A stretch of 64,000 bases of DNA from the NCBI RefSeq assembly GCF_023055435.1, contig NW_025964372.1, positions 51,646,001 through 51,710,000 of the forward strand, read 5' to 3'. How positions within the stretch are numbered: the stretch's first letter is position 1; each line of letters opens with the position of its first letter. The position numbers were made by a program, and so were the translations under genes. Positions 62,721-64,000 of this stretch are shown piece by piece. This stretch comes from Haliotis rufescens. Taxonomy: Eukaryota. The notes under the pieces were generated by a model that saw nothing but the letters and a program-made list of their open reading frames with translations, made no database searches and was not told the DNA's origin.

Positions 62721-64000
62721 GAATGCAGTATATAGATTGTTCATGACCCATGTGTACTACTCATTTCATACATGGGTAAAAAAACAACATACTTTTACTT
62801 GTATACAGCAACAAATGAGTGAAGAAGGGACGCAACTGATTGAACAAATTTGGCAAACTAGATACATACAAGCTGCGTTACTGACTGAGGTCATCAGGAG
62901 TGAAACAAACAGCTCATATCTGGGCCAGCTGATAATCCGGGTGGACTATGACCAGTGTCCAACATAAATAATGAAAGCAAGAAGCTATTATTAAGCGATG
63001 CAGAACAGGTGCGGAGAGAAGGTGACATATGAATCATGACAAAATCTTACGCAAACAATCCAAACAATAGAGTATTTTATCATTGACTGGCAACAAATAT
63101 TTGTTTGGAAACCTCTCAGAACCGGTGATCTCCCTTGTTTGTTTAAAAGATGAAACGTGTTTCAAACGAAACATGAAGACTATTAATTCAAAAGATTCCT
63201 TTTCTGATATGTTGTTCATTTCAATCATTTCAGCTTTTATAATACAATATTTGAACTATATAAAGACTGATGAAGTATGTTTCATCCACAAATGTCACCT
63301 TTGGTTCACATTATTATTACCGTATTTCGGAAATGTTTACCTATTCAACAAAGATGAAATCATTTCCGGTTATCTGTCATGGCCGACTTGTTGAAGTTCC
63401 TGCCAGGCTGGCCAGATTTTTGAGGAATATGTCACAGTTAGGATTAATTCTTTGAAGTGTTATTCACATTTAGTTGCAAAAAAAATACAGAGTGTGTATA
63501 TATTGTTGACTCGATCCAACACAAAATCTATGATCAACAGGCGTCTTGCAAACTAGGCAAACCGGTAGATTCTTCGGTGGAACAAGGAACGCCATCGCAT
63601 TTGATGTAGTCTATATGTCTCTGTCATTCATCTAAGAATCAGGTACTTATTTATATAAGCATTATCTGTGTATATGTAATATTTTATCATTGATTCAATT
63701 CTATGTTTTTCGGAGTTATTCCATTTAATTTAATTACACCTCTTGCTTCATCAACATGATCAATATTCTTGCAATTGATAGGCCTAGTTTAATGTGTTAG
63801 CGTTCATTACCAGGGAAACTTACCTCAACTATATTGGCAGTCCTCGCAAGTTTGATTTAAGTTAATTAAAAAATAGTGGCAACAATGCAGTTTACCGGGC
63901 ACAGCCCGAGCTCCACCATCCGCTCAATTACCTCGCTATAGCGTTACCATGGCTCATGCTCCAGTGACCCTCGCTTCATGATCTAATGTCCATTTTCTGT

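Noticed and set aside
62719-63455. Short ORFs possibly belonging to a gene divergent from FKBPL
   Set aside because: No recognisable homology or consistent splice structure.

Overview
Eukaryotic, intron-rich animal DNA. The SINE repertoire suggests a mollusc, probably a gastropod (inference). Most entries in the ORF track are artefacts of repeats. Recognisable genes: the 5' part of WDR47 (- strand, LisH/CTLH exon plus several low-complexity exons; the WD40 exons lie beyond position 1), a ~19-finger C2H2 zinc-finger gene with a single coding exon (+), RPL35 (-, 4 exons) head-to-head with ARPC5/ARPC5L (+, 4 exons, first intron a U12 AT-AC intron), and an FKBPL-like TPR gene (-) whose last codons have been amplified into an 82-bp tandem array. 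Two unrecognised genes carry promoters with clustered CRE and Sox motifs: a 201-aa intronless membrane protein and a 3-exon 261-aa protein reconstructed here. The rest is at least five short retroposon families sharing one 3' tail, hAT, Tc1/mariner and Harbinger-like MITEs, palindromic elements, an RNase H LINE fragment, a Penelope-like hammerhead relic and about ten minisatellite or satellite arrays. The most intriguing candidate is a short retroposon with no tRNA head whose fixed 5' end folds into a compact pseudoknotted RNA.
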